DNA of 64,000 nt from a virus (Duplodnaviria > Caudoviricetes). A program made the position numbers and the translations under genes. The DNA lies in the IMG/VR virus record IMGVR_UViG_3300031992_002338; one strand, written 5' to 3'. Position 1 is the stretch's first letter, and every line of letters starts with the position of its first letter. The notes below the pieces were generated by a model. That model saw only the letters and a list, made by a program, of their open reading frames with translations, did not search any database and was not told the origin of the DNA. Of the stretch, positions 1-9,847 are shown piece by piece.

Positions 1-94
1 CAATGAATTGTATTAAATATACTGCATTAATAATGCTAAATAAATCTGGTTCGTCATAAAAAACTGTAATACCATTAATTTCTTTTCGTTTCAT
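1..94 (-). CDS. Hypothetical protein, 5' part only (runs off the window)
   Basis: ATG at 94, open to the window edge (MKRKEINGITVFYDEPDLF...), with a host-type promoter at 111-142. Confidence 0.4.
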   Translation of the reverse strand, partial: MKRKEINGITVFYDEPDLFSIINAVYLIQFI

Positions 95-110
95 ATTTTT
101 TCATTTTATG

Positions 111-142
111 CAAATATATATTTATTTTTTCATAAAAACAAA
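111..142 (-). promoter_or_regulatory. Bacteroidota-type promoter TTTG-N20-TATATTTG
   Basis: -7 element at 111-118 and -33 TTTG at 139-142 on the minus strand, 20-nt spacer. Confidence 0.7.
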
Positions 143-171
143 TAAAAGGAGATAAACTTATCTCCTTTTAT
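142..171 (-). terminator. Intrinsic terminator after the GHKL gene
   Basis: Inverted repeat ATAAAAGGAGATAA / TTATCTCCTTTTAT immediately after the stop at 174. Confidence 0.7.
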
Positions 172-173
172 CG

Positions 174-1754
174 TTAAATAGCAAATTTATGAGCGAACTC
201 GTTTATTATTTTCTTTTGCGTAGCTGTATTTAAAGTTTTCCCACTATATCCCAATAATGTTTCAGCAAGAACTGTAATTACTCTATCACTTGTTGTTGCT
301 GGTTTTGCTTCTGTTATGGTGAACTCAGTAGCCCCAGTTGTTTTATTTTTATGATATTTTATCACATCTTCATTTTCCATATTTTTTAATGCTTCTTTCG
401 CATTTTCTACAGAAGAACTTACTGGGGCATATATAATCTGATTATTATTTTCTTTGTTCTCAATTGGAGACTCTGCAATTTTTAATTCTTTTTCACTATC
501 TTCTAAGTTATTTTTTTTATTAACAAGTAGTGATGCCTTAATAAGTGCTTGCGCTGTTGTTTTAGTAAGTAAAAGAGTTTTTGCAATTTCAACATCAATT
601 GGTCTACTAAATTTGTTTTTAGTTCCATCACTCTGATAATTATTAAGTTTAAGTAATTTATTAAAATCATCTTTAAACGCATTAGATAAACTTTTATTAT
701 TATCAATAACGTAATGTTCCAAAGTCTCGTTATTTAAGTCAATTGATTTTTTGTTAGCATCTATTGCAAGTATATCTTCATTATCATCAATAAATATCAA
801 TCCTCTTGTACTACCGCTTCCACCAGCCATAGACGTTGTGGCTTTTAATCCTTCAAAACCTATCTTGTGATTAGCAAAATCTATATAACGACCTCTAAAC
901 ATAGAAAACATACCAGAAAATTCAAAAGCGCGGTCATTTATTTTTTTTCCACCTTGTGAACTGATATAAAGAAAAATTACTTTAACCTTTTTTTCGTCAT
1001 TTTTATTGAATTTGTTAACTAATTTATATGTTTTGACCCAATATATTAAACCATTAACGTCATAAATGCCACAATCTACATCATATACATCATCACAATT
1101 AGCATATTCGCAAAGATAAGAAAGATACATTCTATCTACACAATTAGCATCTTCTCCATTAATTTTAATACTAATATTATTTTTATTAATAAGATAAGGA
1201 TAAGCAGTACTAATAGATTTGTTAAGATTAGCATGCCATTGTCTATCAGATTTTGGTATTGGCTTAATTCCATCAATACTTACAACATGACCATGTTCTG
1301 CATGCCAGTTTTTTTCAGTATATGGTCCTTCAACAAGAGGTGTATCGTGCCACGCATTTTCTTTGTTTCTATTTACTTCAAAACGGTAATAGCACACATT
1401 ATCTCTGTCAATGCCACTTTTAATTGTTACATTTGCCCCAATGTCATAATCAGATAACTTTAGGATTGAATCCTTTAATCCTACACCAAACATACCAATT
1501 GTTTTTTTTGCTGAAGATGCATTATGAGAATGGTAATTTTCTCTAAAATGGCATAGTTGGTCATACGTCATGCCATGACCATCATCAACAATTGAAAAAA
1601 TAGAACGATTTGAATCTAACGTAATACTGATATTTTTTGCATCAGCATCAATACTATCATCTATCATTTCTCTAATTGCAGTTGTTAATGGGATTTGACT
1701 AGCAAACTCAAGTAAGCGTAAAAAATCTCCATTATTACTTTTATTTTTCCTCAT
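174..1754 (-). CDS. GHKL (HATPase_c/MORC-like) ATPase domain protein
   Basis: Bergerat-fold motifs AIREMIDDSIDA, IVDDGHGM, IGMFGVGLK. Confidence 0.75.
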   Translation of the reverse strand: MRKNKSNNGDFLRLLEFASQIPLTTAIREMIDDSIDADAKNISITLDSNRSIFSIVDDGHGMTYDQLCHFRENYHSHNASSAKKTIGMFGVGLKDSILKLSDYDIGANVTIKSGIDRDNVCYYRFEVNRNKENAWHDTPLVEGPYTEKNWHAEHGHVVSIDGIKPIPKSDRQWHANLNKSISTAYPYLINKNNISIKINGEDANCVDRMYLSYLCEYANCDDVYDVDCGIYDVNGLIYWVKTYKLVNKFNKNDEKKVKVIFLYISSQGGKKINDRAFEFSGMFSMFRGRYIDFANHKIGFEGLKATTSMAGGSGSTRGLIFIDDNEDILAIDANKKSIDLNNETLEHYVIDNNKSLSNAFKDDFNKLLKLNNYQSDGTKNKFSRPIDVEIAKTLLLTKTTAQALIKASLLVNKKNNLEDSEKELKIAESPIENKENNNQIIYAPVSSSVENAKEALKNMENEDVIKYHKNKTTGATEFTITEAKPATTSDRVITVLAETLLGYSGKTLNTATQKKIINEFAHKFAI

Positions 1755-1805
1755 AAAAAAATTTTTAAAAGTTAAACATATATTGTTAAAATCTCAATCA
1801 CAATG

Positions 1806-1837
1806 CAAATATACGAAAAAAAAGTGAAACTTCCAAA
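1806..1837 (-). promoter_or_regulatory. Bacteroidota-type promoter
   Basis: TATATTTG at 1806-1813 and TTTG at 1834-1837, 20-nt spacer, upstream of the GHKL gene. Confidence 0.7.
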
Positions 1838-1910
1838 AATAGTCTCACTTCTAAAAGTCATTTTAACATTTATTCATAAAAATAGTGGTCATTTAACCAA
1901 TTTTAACAAT

Positions 1911-2396
1911 TTATTTCCAAAACTTACTCGTTATATCCTCAAAATCAATCTGTTCAACTCCCTCGCTCTCAAAAATCTTGTGTTTCAGCTTATAAAGTCT
2001 TTGATTTGTGGTCTTCTTATTCAATCCACCCAATTCCTCATCGTAATGTCCTAACTTAATGTAATCGAAATAATGGAAATTGATACTTTTATAATATGTA
2101 TCTCTTCCACTATACCACCCAACCTTTAGATGTTTATTCTCATGCACATATTCTGCCAATTCATGTATCGTTTGCGGCTCTGCATCACCACCCATAAAAC
2201 AAACAGTCGTTATTCCATCATTTTTCTCAATAAGTCTATCTAACTCTTCTGTAGTTAGTGAAATCCCTTTATCTTCCCATAAAAATTCTGAATGGCATCC
2301 CTTACAATGGCAAGGGCAATTTGTAATGTTGATTGCTAAAGTAATTTCATCTGGTATCTCTTCAAACACCACCATTGCATTATAATACTTTACCAT
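1911..2396 (-). CDS. nrdG: Anaerobic ribonucleotide reductase activase (radical SAM)
   Basis: CPCHCKGCHS (CxxxCxxC), VCFMGGD, YIKLG; next to nrdD. Confidence 0.92.
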   Translation of the reverse strand: MVKYYNAMVVFEEIPDEITLAINITNCPCHCKGCHSEFLWEDKGISLTTEELDRLIEKNDGITTVCFMGGDAEPQTIHELAEYVHENKHLKVGWYSGRDTYYKSINFHYFDYIKLGHYDEELGGLNKKTTNQRLYKLKHKIFESEGVEQIDFEDITSKFWK

Positions 2397-2398
2397 AC

Positions 2399-2629
2399 CT
2401 ATTTTTTGTCTTTGAAATAATTCTCATCTAATACATATAACCCGCATTCACACACATCTTTTATTTTGTAATCAGTACATGGACAATGTAAATCCTTACC
2501 TTCATAATCCTCTGAATCATGTGTGCATGGGCATAATCCATCACACTTTTCGCATCTTCTCAAGATTGCGTTTACAACCCTATCGTTAGGGTTAAGTTTC
2601 CAGCCTTCTTTTCTATATATTTCTATCAT
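2399..2629 (-). CDS. Ferredoxin:thioredoxin reductase catalytic-subunit-like protein
   Basis: WKLNPND...LCPC...HCPC...CECGLY, matching the FTR-beta CPC/CPC/CxC pattern. Confidence 0.75.
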   Translation of the reverse strand: MIEIYRKEGWKLNPNDRVVNAILRRCEKCDGLCPCTHDSEDYEGKDLHCPCTDYKIKDVCECGLYVLDENYFKDKK

Positions 2630-2650
2630 AATTACAACTTTTTGCTAAAA

Positions 2651-2677
2651 AATTGGGTACTTCGAGAGTACCCAATT
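2651..2677. terminator. Hairpin between nrdD and the FTR-like gene
   Basis: AATTGGGTACT-N5-AGTACCCAATT perfect inverted repeat. Confidence 0.55.
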
Positions 2678-2680
2678 ACA

Positions 2681-5600
2681 TTATTGTCTGTAGCTTCTCA
2701 TATGCTCTTCTACTTGTCTAGCCTCATTAAATGAGCTAACACGCTTCAAATAGCCTATAATTCTTGTTAAATAATCTACATTGTGGCTTCCACACTTAGG
2801 ACATACATCTAGAGTGTCCTTGCTAATGTAGCCACAATCATTACATACTGTGTTTTTACAGTTGAATGTGAAATAACTGCATCCATATTCTGAAGCAACT
2901 CTTAGTAACTGCCTATACTGGTCAAATGAAAGATGCTCATTGATATTCAAGTGTGCTGCTTGCCCACCATCAAGATACTTAACAAAACTTTCACCATGTA
3001 ATTTCATTTTATCAAGAATAGATAACTCTGTATCTTCTGGATTGAAGAAATAGCTGCTATACATTATATGCTTTGGTGATACATAGTATCCGTCTTTCTT
3101 ATCCCAATTATAGTTCTTGTTTGAAAGGTTCTCACCAGGAACGAACTCAGTATTATACATACAATCTCTAGTCTTATCCTTTCTATTAGAAATATTGATA
3201 GTCTCTAGAATGTTGTTTACAAATTCCTCATAGTCCTTATTAAGATTTGGCTCAATTGATAAGAATTCTGCTGCATCTGTCAAACCGTTAACACCGATGG
3301 TCAGATACTGTTTCTTCATATTGATGAATCCAGCTCTATAAACGTCCAACATATTTGCGTTAAGGAAATCCTTTACAATCTCATTGAATGCCCTCTGATA
3401 CTTGTGTACCCTCTCTGTCATTTCAGTAATACCGCTAGAGATATAGGTATAGAGCAAATTCTTATCCTTAACTTTATTGATGTCTACTTGAACACCACTT
3501 TCTAGCTGAGTACCCTCTGCTTCCTCAAAATACTTCCTCGTAGCATTCTGAATAACACGATTAAGGTTAATTGTCATTACGGACTTTGAACCTGTTGCTA
3601 CGGATGCTGTACCCATAGAGAATTGGTGTGTGGTGTGATTGTGTTCATCATCTTCCTCACCATCCTTTAGAGAGTTTCTAAGTCTGCAATTATGTGTAAT
3701 TAAACCAGATGGAAGTGTAAAATATGGTTCATCTTCATTTGTACATTCAATGCAATATACATCATCAGTATATTCTTCTTTTTCTATAGATTTAATCTTA
3801 AAATAAATACTATTATTTTTCTTAATCCATGATTTATCTTGGTCTTTATTTGCTCTATGATTTGCTTCCGAATACCATCTTACACAATATAAGGGGTAGT
3901 TTCTATTAAATTCTTCACCCCTAATTACTAATTTTTCATCAGTCCTATCAGAGACATTAATTATAGACTGCATACCCAAAGAAGTAATAAGAACCTCCAT
4001 ATCTTCCGCAAGTTCTTTACTTGTTGTATAACATCTATTACTATTGCCTCCATCAGTATTATACCAACCATCTAAAATTCCCCTTCTAAACTCATCTGAT
4101 TGCAATAAACAATTCAAATTAAGTTTTTTATTATTAGCATAAGTTCCACGTTCCCATAAAGTCCATTTCATTATGAAACTAGCTAAAATCTTAGATGAAA
4201 TACGTAATGGATATACATTATTATATACCTCATTAATTTGACATCTTCCATTGTGCCCTAATTGTTGGTTGGCAATATTAACATTTTTTAGGGTGTCTTT
4301 GAACTTATCTTTGTTTTGCGAAAAATTAATATCATATATTGTACCATCAATTTCAGAACCAAAAGAACCGTCACCCAAAAATGCACCAATTATAAATCCT
4401 TGCTCATATGTTAATCCTTCATCTAATTCAGGAACTGCTGATAATTTTTGTGTGTTGAACATTAGATAATCACCGACAATTAAATCTTTCGTTTCCTTTT
4501 CGCCATTTAGCGTAACATTAATATGGTTATCAGTCATTAAAAATTCTTTGTTATTAAACGTAATAACTTTATACATTGTTCTATTTGGCAACTTGATTGA
4601 TTTACCTTTAACCCAACTTCCATTATGGAATATCCTTAAATTTTTTTTATCTGGTTCCCATTTTGTATTATGCAATTCTTCAAATGTGGTTAGATTGACA
4701 CCAAGCGTAGATGATTTCCATAAAACCTTTTGATTTTTGCCAAAACAGCAAGAACTTAATGAGTCAGGTGAATCGCTCAAGTAACAGAAGAATGAGTGTC
4801 CTTCAGACCACATTTCTGCGGTGAAATCGGCATATTCCTTATCTACGATGTCATGACCATCTGTAAGCATTGCCATTGTTTCAACTGGGAAAGTCAATAC
4901 ATACTTTGTTCTTTCCTCGTTGAACCACTTCATAAATTTCTTCTGAAGCCAAGATAGCGTTTCCCACTTTGGAGCTGTTCCATCTGGGAATCTGAATTCT
5001 CCAAACACGCCATCGAAATAGTTCTTGTCAAAATATCCAACATTCCAGAATACTGTTTGGTATCCTCTGTTACCAGCTGGCATATTCATTGAGTGTACTA
5101 CTTGTTGGAAACAGTTCTCAATAACTTGTTCTAGTGTTCTTCCTTTCCTATTGATTTCGACTTGTTTATCAAGTATATCGAGGTAGTCTTCTCCGTAGTC
5201 TTTTCTGATAAAATAGTCCATGTACATAAGGAACTCTGGTGTAGCCACAGCCCCCATGAATTGTGATGATACAGAATAAACTAAGTTAATAAACTCCCCA
5301 CAGTATGATTTGAGGTCTGTAGGGGCTTTAGATTGACCACCTAGATTCTTTAAACCGTCTATTAGGAATGGGTACATTGTAATTGCTACGCAATATGGGT
5401 ATCCTGGTGTTCCACTTTCGTCATGTTTGTACAATACATGACTCTCAAGGTCTTTTATATACTGGTCAGCAAGTTTCTTAGAATACAATGCTTTAATCTT
5501 ATTTTGCATGATGTATCTATTTTGCTGGATGTTTTTACCTTTATGCAACTCTTGACCTAGAGTCACAATATTTTTGTTTTCAACATTTGCATTGGAATCG

Positions 5601-5932
5601 TACTTCGAGCCAGTAGAGGCATTTGAAGCATTGATGTAATCCCTTATAAAGTCGCTGTCTGTCTTTAGTGTCTTGTCCTTTCCCTCTTTTTCTTCATATT
5701 TCTTAATATATGCCCTTGCAACTTTCTTGTTGACTGACATTAAAGCCTCTTCGACTTGTCTTCTAATCTCTGATGATGAAATTCTATCATAAATTAAAAG
5801 GTTCTTAATTAATGATTCGATTAGACCATCAGGACAGACTTCATTTACTGCCGTGTACGCTTCGCAAATGCCGTGTTTTACCTTTGAAGGATTGTATTCC
5901 TCAAAGTAACCTTCGCTTTTTCTTACTTCCAT
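2681..5932 (-). CDS. nrdD: Class III (anaerobic) ribonucleotide reductase with intein
   Basis: N-terminal ATP cone, spliced active site SSC|CRLRN, C-terminal CxxC...CxxC zinc site and glycyl-radical loop TRIIGYL. Confidence 0.95.
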   Translation of the reverse strand: MEVRKSEGYFEEYNPSKVKHGICEAYTAVNEVCPDGLIESLIKNLLIYDRISSSEIRRQVEEALMSVNKKVARAYIKKYEEKEGKDKTLKTDSDFIRDYINASNASTGSKYDSNANVENKNIVTLGQELHKGKNIQQNRYIMQNKIKALYSKKLADQYIKDLESHVLYKHDESGTPGYPYCVAITMYPFLIDGLKNLGGQSKAPTDLKSYCGEFINLVYSVSSQFMGAVATPEFLMYMDYFIRKDYGEDYLDILDKQVEINRKGRTLEQVIENCFQQVVHSMNMPAGNRGYQTVFWNVGYFDKNYFDGVFGEFRFPDGTAPKWETLSWLQKKFMKWFNEERTKYVLTFPVETMAMLTDGHDIVDKEYADFTAEMWSEGHSFFCYLSDSPDSLSSCCFGKNQKVLWKSSTLGVNLTTFEELHNTKWEPDKKNLRIFHNGSWVKGKSIKLPNRTMYKVITFNNKEFLMTDNHINVTLNGEKETKDLIVGDYLMFNTQKLSAVPELDEGLTYEQGFIIGAFLGDGSFGSEIDGTIYDINFSQNKDKFKDTLKNVNIANQQLGHNGRCQINEVYNNVYPLRISSKILASFIMKWTLWERGTYANNKKLNLNCLLQSDEFRRGILDGWYNTDGGNSNRCYTTSKELAEDMEVLITSLGMQSIINVSDRTDEKLVIRGEEFNRNYPLYCVRWYSEANHRANKDQDKSWIKKNNSIYFKIKSIEKEEYTDDVYCIECTNEDEPYFTLPSGLITHNCRLRNSLKDGEEDDEHNHTTHQFSMGTASVATGSKSVMTINLNRVIQNATRKYFEEAEGTQLESGVQVDINKVKDKNLLYTYISSGITEMTERVHKYQRAFNEIVKDFLNANMLDVYRAGFINMKKQYLTIGVNGLTDAAEFLSIEPNLNKDYEEFVNNILETINISNRKDKTRDCMYNTEFVPGENLSNKNYNWDKKDGYYVSPKHIMYSSYFFNPEDTELSILDKMKLHGESFVKYLDGGQAAHLNINEHLSFDQYRQLLRVASEYGCSYFTFNCKNTVCNDCGYISKDTLDVCPKCGSHNVDYLTRIIGYLKRVSSFNEARQVEEHMRSYRQ
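3689..4747 (-). mobile_element. LAGLIDADG intein in NrdD (353 aa, class 1)
   Basis: Starts CFGKNQKV; block B TDNH; LAGLIDADG-like GAFLGDGS and GWYNTDGG; ends GLITHN before +1 Cys. Confidence 0.9.
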
Positions 5933-6162
5933 TAAAGCAAAACTTTTTTAATTTCATTATTTTATTTTTAGTTCGGTTAACCATTTTTTTTAGCATCTGA
6001 TGTAAGAATAAATATATGAAAATTATGTAAAAATTCACTAAAAAATAAAAAATTTGGCTACCAAAATTATAAACCTCTGATAACCAAATATGTCTAGATG
6101 AAAAATATTTTTAAGTAAATTTTTTACCCATTTTACACTGTTAAAAATCTCTTTCTGAATAT

Positions 6163-8649
6163 TTAGTTGTGCTTTTTGGTAAGACTCTTGGCTATTTCTT
6201 TCTGTGTCTCAAACAATGCGTCCTTCTTCTTCTGCTGAAGCTCAAACAAGCTATCCAACTCATCCACATTATCAGTACTAATGCGGCATGTGCCGTTGTT
6301 AAACTCCACATTATTGAAGACCTTACCACTCTTACCTGCTCTGTTCTTCAAAATTGCAATTGTTGCCTTATTATTCGCTATATCGTCAACTGTTCTTGCA
6401 ATAGACATAATTACGTGAGCAATCTGAGCTTTCTTGACTGAGCCGCCAATCTTATCCATCGTAACCAACTCCAAGTTGATTGAGTCCTTTGTTCCTTGAG
6501 ACGGTATCCAAATCGCCATGTCAAGTTCACCAGCCATCGCTTCGAACCTACGCATAGTCTTACCCTCTTGTGAAAACTCATTTGACGATGATTTGTCTGG
6601 CTCATGCTCAAGACATTCAAAATAGTCAATAATCGTTAAATCTGGTTTAAAGCCACTGTTTATAAGCTTTTTAATGAACCTTTCAATCTGCCTTGCTGTT
6701 TTTTCACCACTTGGGAACTTAACAATTCTCAAGTTCTTTTCCAATTCTTCTTTCTGAGGGAAAGCATCAATTGTCTGTCTAACCAAGTCAATTACATCTG
6801 GTTTTGAAAGGTCTTTTGCTTCAATACCTGTGATTCGACCAAGGTGTTTTCTCTGAATCTGCTTGATTCTATCCTCAAATACAATTTGTAATACCTTATA
6901 TCCGTTACAAGCTGCGTGTGAAGCCATTGCAGTTGTTAACGATGTATTATGAGTAACAATGAAATTATCTGTTAAATAAAGTTCATCTTCAGCATCCACT
7001 TTAATACATTGCCCATCACATATTCTTGACTTCTCAACTCTATGAAAAAACCTTTCATCGCTACGCAATGTTCTATAAACAACTCTGTCTTGCTTCCTCT
7101 TTAATCTGAAAATTGGTATTGAACTATCACACAATGTAATGGTTACTTCATAATGAGTGCCACAGTCTCTAATCTCATTATACTTTTTGTTAAAATATTT
7201 AGCTCGCTTTTCTCTAACTTTCGCAAAGCCACCAAGTGATAATACAAGAATTTTAATATCTTCTGCAAGTTGTTTTGACTTGGTATTAAAACAAGAACAC
7301 CCATTTTTCATGCAAGTACCGTCACTATCCATAAGTCCATTAAGAATCGCAATTCTATCCTCCAATGAGCTATATAGATAATCTTCTGGAATATATTTTC
7401 CACTAGATGTTAAAGATAAATCAAAATATCTCGACAATTCTTTTTTCAAATTAACACCATAGGTCAATGAAAATGCCCTATTTTTTCTTTCATGCAAATT
7501 GAATTTAAAATTACATTCTGACAATAATTTAGAAGATTCATTAATATCTTTTTTTCCAACAGTTATTGTTGCACCATTAAAATTACCATCTCCTATTAAA
7601 TACCCCATCAAATATGGGTCAATGGAAATGTTTCTTTTTTCGAATTCGACAGGACTACACATTGGAATTTTAAAATTGTGCCTACCTCTTTTAAAAAGAC
7701 CCTTTTTGACAATATTTTCCAAAGATAATACCTTAAATGAATGGTCTTGAACATAACGTTTATCATTCCTATTCTTAGATACACCGCGTATGTATTTCTT
7801 TCCACTTCTTTGATAATAAGAATTTACTGCCCACAAATGTTCTTTTCCGCATTCGCACGAAACGCCATCTGAAAATGTAACTTTATAGAATTGCCAATTT
7901 TTATGAGGATAAACACCAATAACTTTAGTTGGTTTACCATTACTTCCAATTACATAATCACCAACCTTAATATCACCCATATTCTTAAAGCCATTTGGCG
8001 TAACTATCTGAGAATCAAAGGGTTGCACTTTTCCGAAGCTCGTTGGCCCGATTATAACGCCTAACTCACCTTTGCCAAGTCCACCCTCAAGTGCCTCATC
8101 AATCTTTCCAATACCTGTTGGGATTGGAACTCTATAATCATCAGAAAGTGTTTCATTTATATGGTCGAACAAACCTTCTCCAAAATCGTTGTGTGTTCCC
8201 TTTGTCATTGCATCATTCAAAAGGTCAACACAAGCATCATATTGATTTGTATCGCCATTTCCAGCTATCTTTAGAATTTCATTCGCTGTCCTAATGATAT
8301 TCTGTTGTTTAAAAAACTTCTCTGCCAACTCCCTTGTTCTCTCCACACCATCACTTGCTGAGTTACGAACCTTTTCAAGAATTGCGAGATACGTTTCAAT
8401 CTCTTTATCTGAGTGTGAAATATCTCGCAATTCAACTTCTAGCATATCATAAGAGGGAACATGACCTTCCCTCTCATAATAGTTCTTCATAACTCCTACA
8501 AGTGTTTTGAGATTTGGGTCAGTAAACATATTTTGGTCTATGATACTGCTCAAGTCCTCGAAAAAAGTGTGGTTTTCCATAAACTCATGTGTAAGGCGGT
8601 ATTGGAATGTTTCACCTAAATATCCTAAATCACTTCTTTTCTGAGCCAT
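6163..8649 (-). CDS. dnaB: Replicative DnaB-like (T4 gp41-type) helicase with intein
   Basis: Walker A GPTSFGK|T split by the intein; IIDY, SQG and KNRAG motifs. Confidence 0.88.
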   Translation of the reverse strand: MAQKRSDLGYLGETFQYRLTHEFMENHTFFEDLSSIIDQNMFTDPNLKTLVGVMKNYYEREGHVPSYDMLEVELRDISHSDKEIETYLAILEKVRNSASDGVERTRELAEKFFKQQNIIRTANEILKIAGNGDTNQYDACVDLLNDAMTKGTHNDFGEGLFDHINETLSDDYRVPIPTGIGKIDEALEGGLGKGELGVIIGPTSFGKVQPFDSQIVTPNGFKNMGDIKVGDYVIGSNGKPTKVIGVYPHKNWQFYKVTFSDGVSCECGKEHLWAVNSYYQRSGKKYIRGVSKNRNDKRYVQDHSFKVLSLENIVKKGLFKRGRHNFKIPMCSPVEFEKRNISIDPYLMGYLIGDGNFNGATITVGKKDINESSKLLSECNFKFNLHERKNRAFSLTYGVNLKKELSRYFDLSLTSSGKYIPEDYLYSSLEDRIAILNGLMDSDGTCMKNGCSCFNTKSKQLAEDIKILVLSLGGFAKVREKRAKYFNKKYNEIRDCGTHYEVTITLCDSSIPIFRLKRKQDRVVYRTLRSDERFFHRVEKSRICDGQCIKVDAEDELYLTDNFIVTHNTSLTTAMASHAACNGYKVLQIVFEDRIKQIQRKHLGRITGIEAKDLSKPDVIDLVRQTIDAFPQKEELEKNLRIVKFPSGEKTARQIERFIKKLINSGFKPDLTIIDYFECLEHEPDKSSSNEFSQEGKTMRRFEAMAGELDMAIWIPSQGTKDSINLELVTMDKIGGSVKKAQIAHVIMSIARTVDDIANNKATIAILKNRAGKSGKVFNNVEFNNGTCRISTDNVDELDSLFELQQKKKDALFETQKEIAKSLTKKHN
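6946..8028 (-). mobile_element. Class 3 LAGLIDADG intein in the helicase P-loop (361 aa)
   Basis: Starts VQPFDSQ with no N-terminal nucleophile; WCT triplet in HLW, GQCIKV and FIVTHN; GYLIGDG and GLMDSDG motifs; +1 Thr. Confidence 0.85.
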
Positions 8650-8673
8650 TGAAACCCACTTTTAATTCAATTA

Positions 8674-9486
8674 TTAATATAAGTCTTTAAAATACTTATT
8701 TGTCTTTTTCTGTACGGCACGTTCCCAGTCTCTCTCAATCTTCTTATTAGCCAAGTAAAGACTGTAAGAATACTTCTTTGGCTTCACCTTCTTGCCATTT
8801 GCTTTCTCAAACTTCTTGTCATTGCCGTACTCATCAATGACAGTGTACTTGCTGAGATACTTGTTGTTTTCACGTGGGTCGAAATAACCCTTTTGGCTGT
8901 TGTCCTTAATCTCATCCTTTGTGGGAGAGCAAGCTTCACAGATTTTCTTTGTAATTTGTAACAGTACGTCTGGCTTATCAATAATCATACCCTTCAGTAC
9001 CTCATGCTCAAATGAGAGTCTGTCTGCATTTGTCTTGAAAAACGTCTCCTTATCATATACAAAGGTTTGACCATCCTTGTTTGTGACCTTTACATTCTTA
9101 TTACTAAGGTCCACTTTCTCACGGATATACTTTGGATAAGCATATCCATCCCAAATCTTCGTGATTACGTCACGTTTGTTATCAGAGATTACAAGTTTGA
9201 AAGTGCAAACCCAAGGCTCAATCAGTGGATTGATGAACTCTTCGTTGTCCTCTGGAAATTGTGGATTAAAATAATTCCACGTATAAACTCTACTCTTTGA
9301 CTTCAAATCGTCATCAATAATGCCGACAATCTCATCTACTTTCTCCTTGAATTCCAAAGTATTCATACTGTTTTCAATGAAATTGTAGATTCTGAAATTT
9401 CTCTTACAAATGATATTATCATTTACAAACACCGTAAACTCAAATCTCTCTTCTTTGTAATCTTTGATTTCTTTATTAATTTCCAT
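8674..9486 (-). CDS. Hypothetical phage protein next to the helicase
   Basis: 270-aa ORF in the replication operon; no motif recognised. Confidence 0.7.
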   Translation of the reverse strand: MEINKEIKDYKEERFEFTVFVNDNIICKRNFRIYNFIENSMNTLEFKEKVDEIVGIIDDDLKSKSRVYTWNYFNPQFPEDNEEFINPLIEPWVCTFKLVISDNKRDVITKIWDGYAYPKYIREKVDLSNKNVKVTNKDGQTFVYDKETFFKTNADRLSFEHEVLKGMIIDKPDVLLQITKKICEACSPTKDEIKDNSQKGYFDPRENNKYLSKYTVIDEYGNDKKFEKANGKKVKPKKYSYSLYLANKKIERDWERAVQKKTNKYFKDLY

Positions 9487-9520
9487 AAAATAAATTGTTA
9501 AAAGTTAAACATATATATAA

Positions 9521-9769
9521 TCAAACTCTAAAATATCTAAATATCTCATCTAAATAAACCTTTTCGCCTAATGTAAACTGTGGAAGACTATTATTAACTA
9601 CCCAATATTTCTCTGGGTGTTTCATAGCATCATACAGCATTGTATATGAATTGTGTCTGCCAATTGCCATAAAATAATATTCAAATATTCTAAACCTTAC
9701 CCATAACTTATCCCTTTTAAGTTTAAAAGCAAACTTTTTGAATAATTTATTATCATATTTCTCTTTCAT
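9521..9769 (-). CDS. Hypothetical protein
   Basis: 82-aa ORF directly after the promoter at 9788-9819. Confidence 0.6.
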   Translation of the reverse strand: MKEKYDNKLFKKFAFKLKRDKLWVRFRIFEYYFMAIGRHNSYTMLYDAMKHPEKYWVVNNSLPQFTLGEKVYLDEIFRYFRV

Positions 9770-9787
9770 ATTTCAATTTCATCAATG

Positions 9788-9819
9788 CAAAGATATGAAA
9801 AAAAATGTTAAAATGCAAA
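9788..9819 (-). promoter_or_regulatory. Bacteroidota-type promoter
   Basis: TATCTTTG at 9788-9795, TTTG at 9816-9819, 20-nt spacer. Confidence 0.7.
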
Positions 9820-9847
9820 TAAAATAAAAAAATATTTTAAACTTTTT

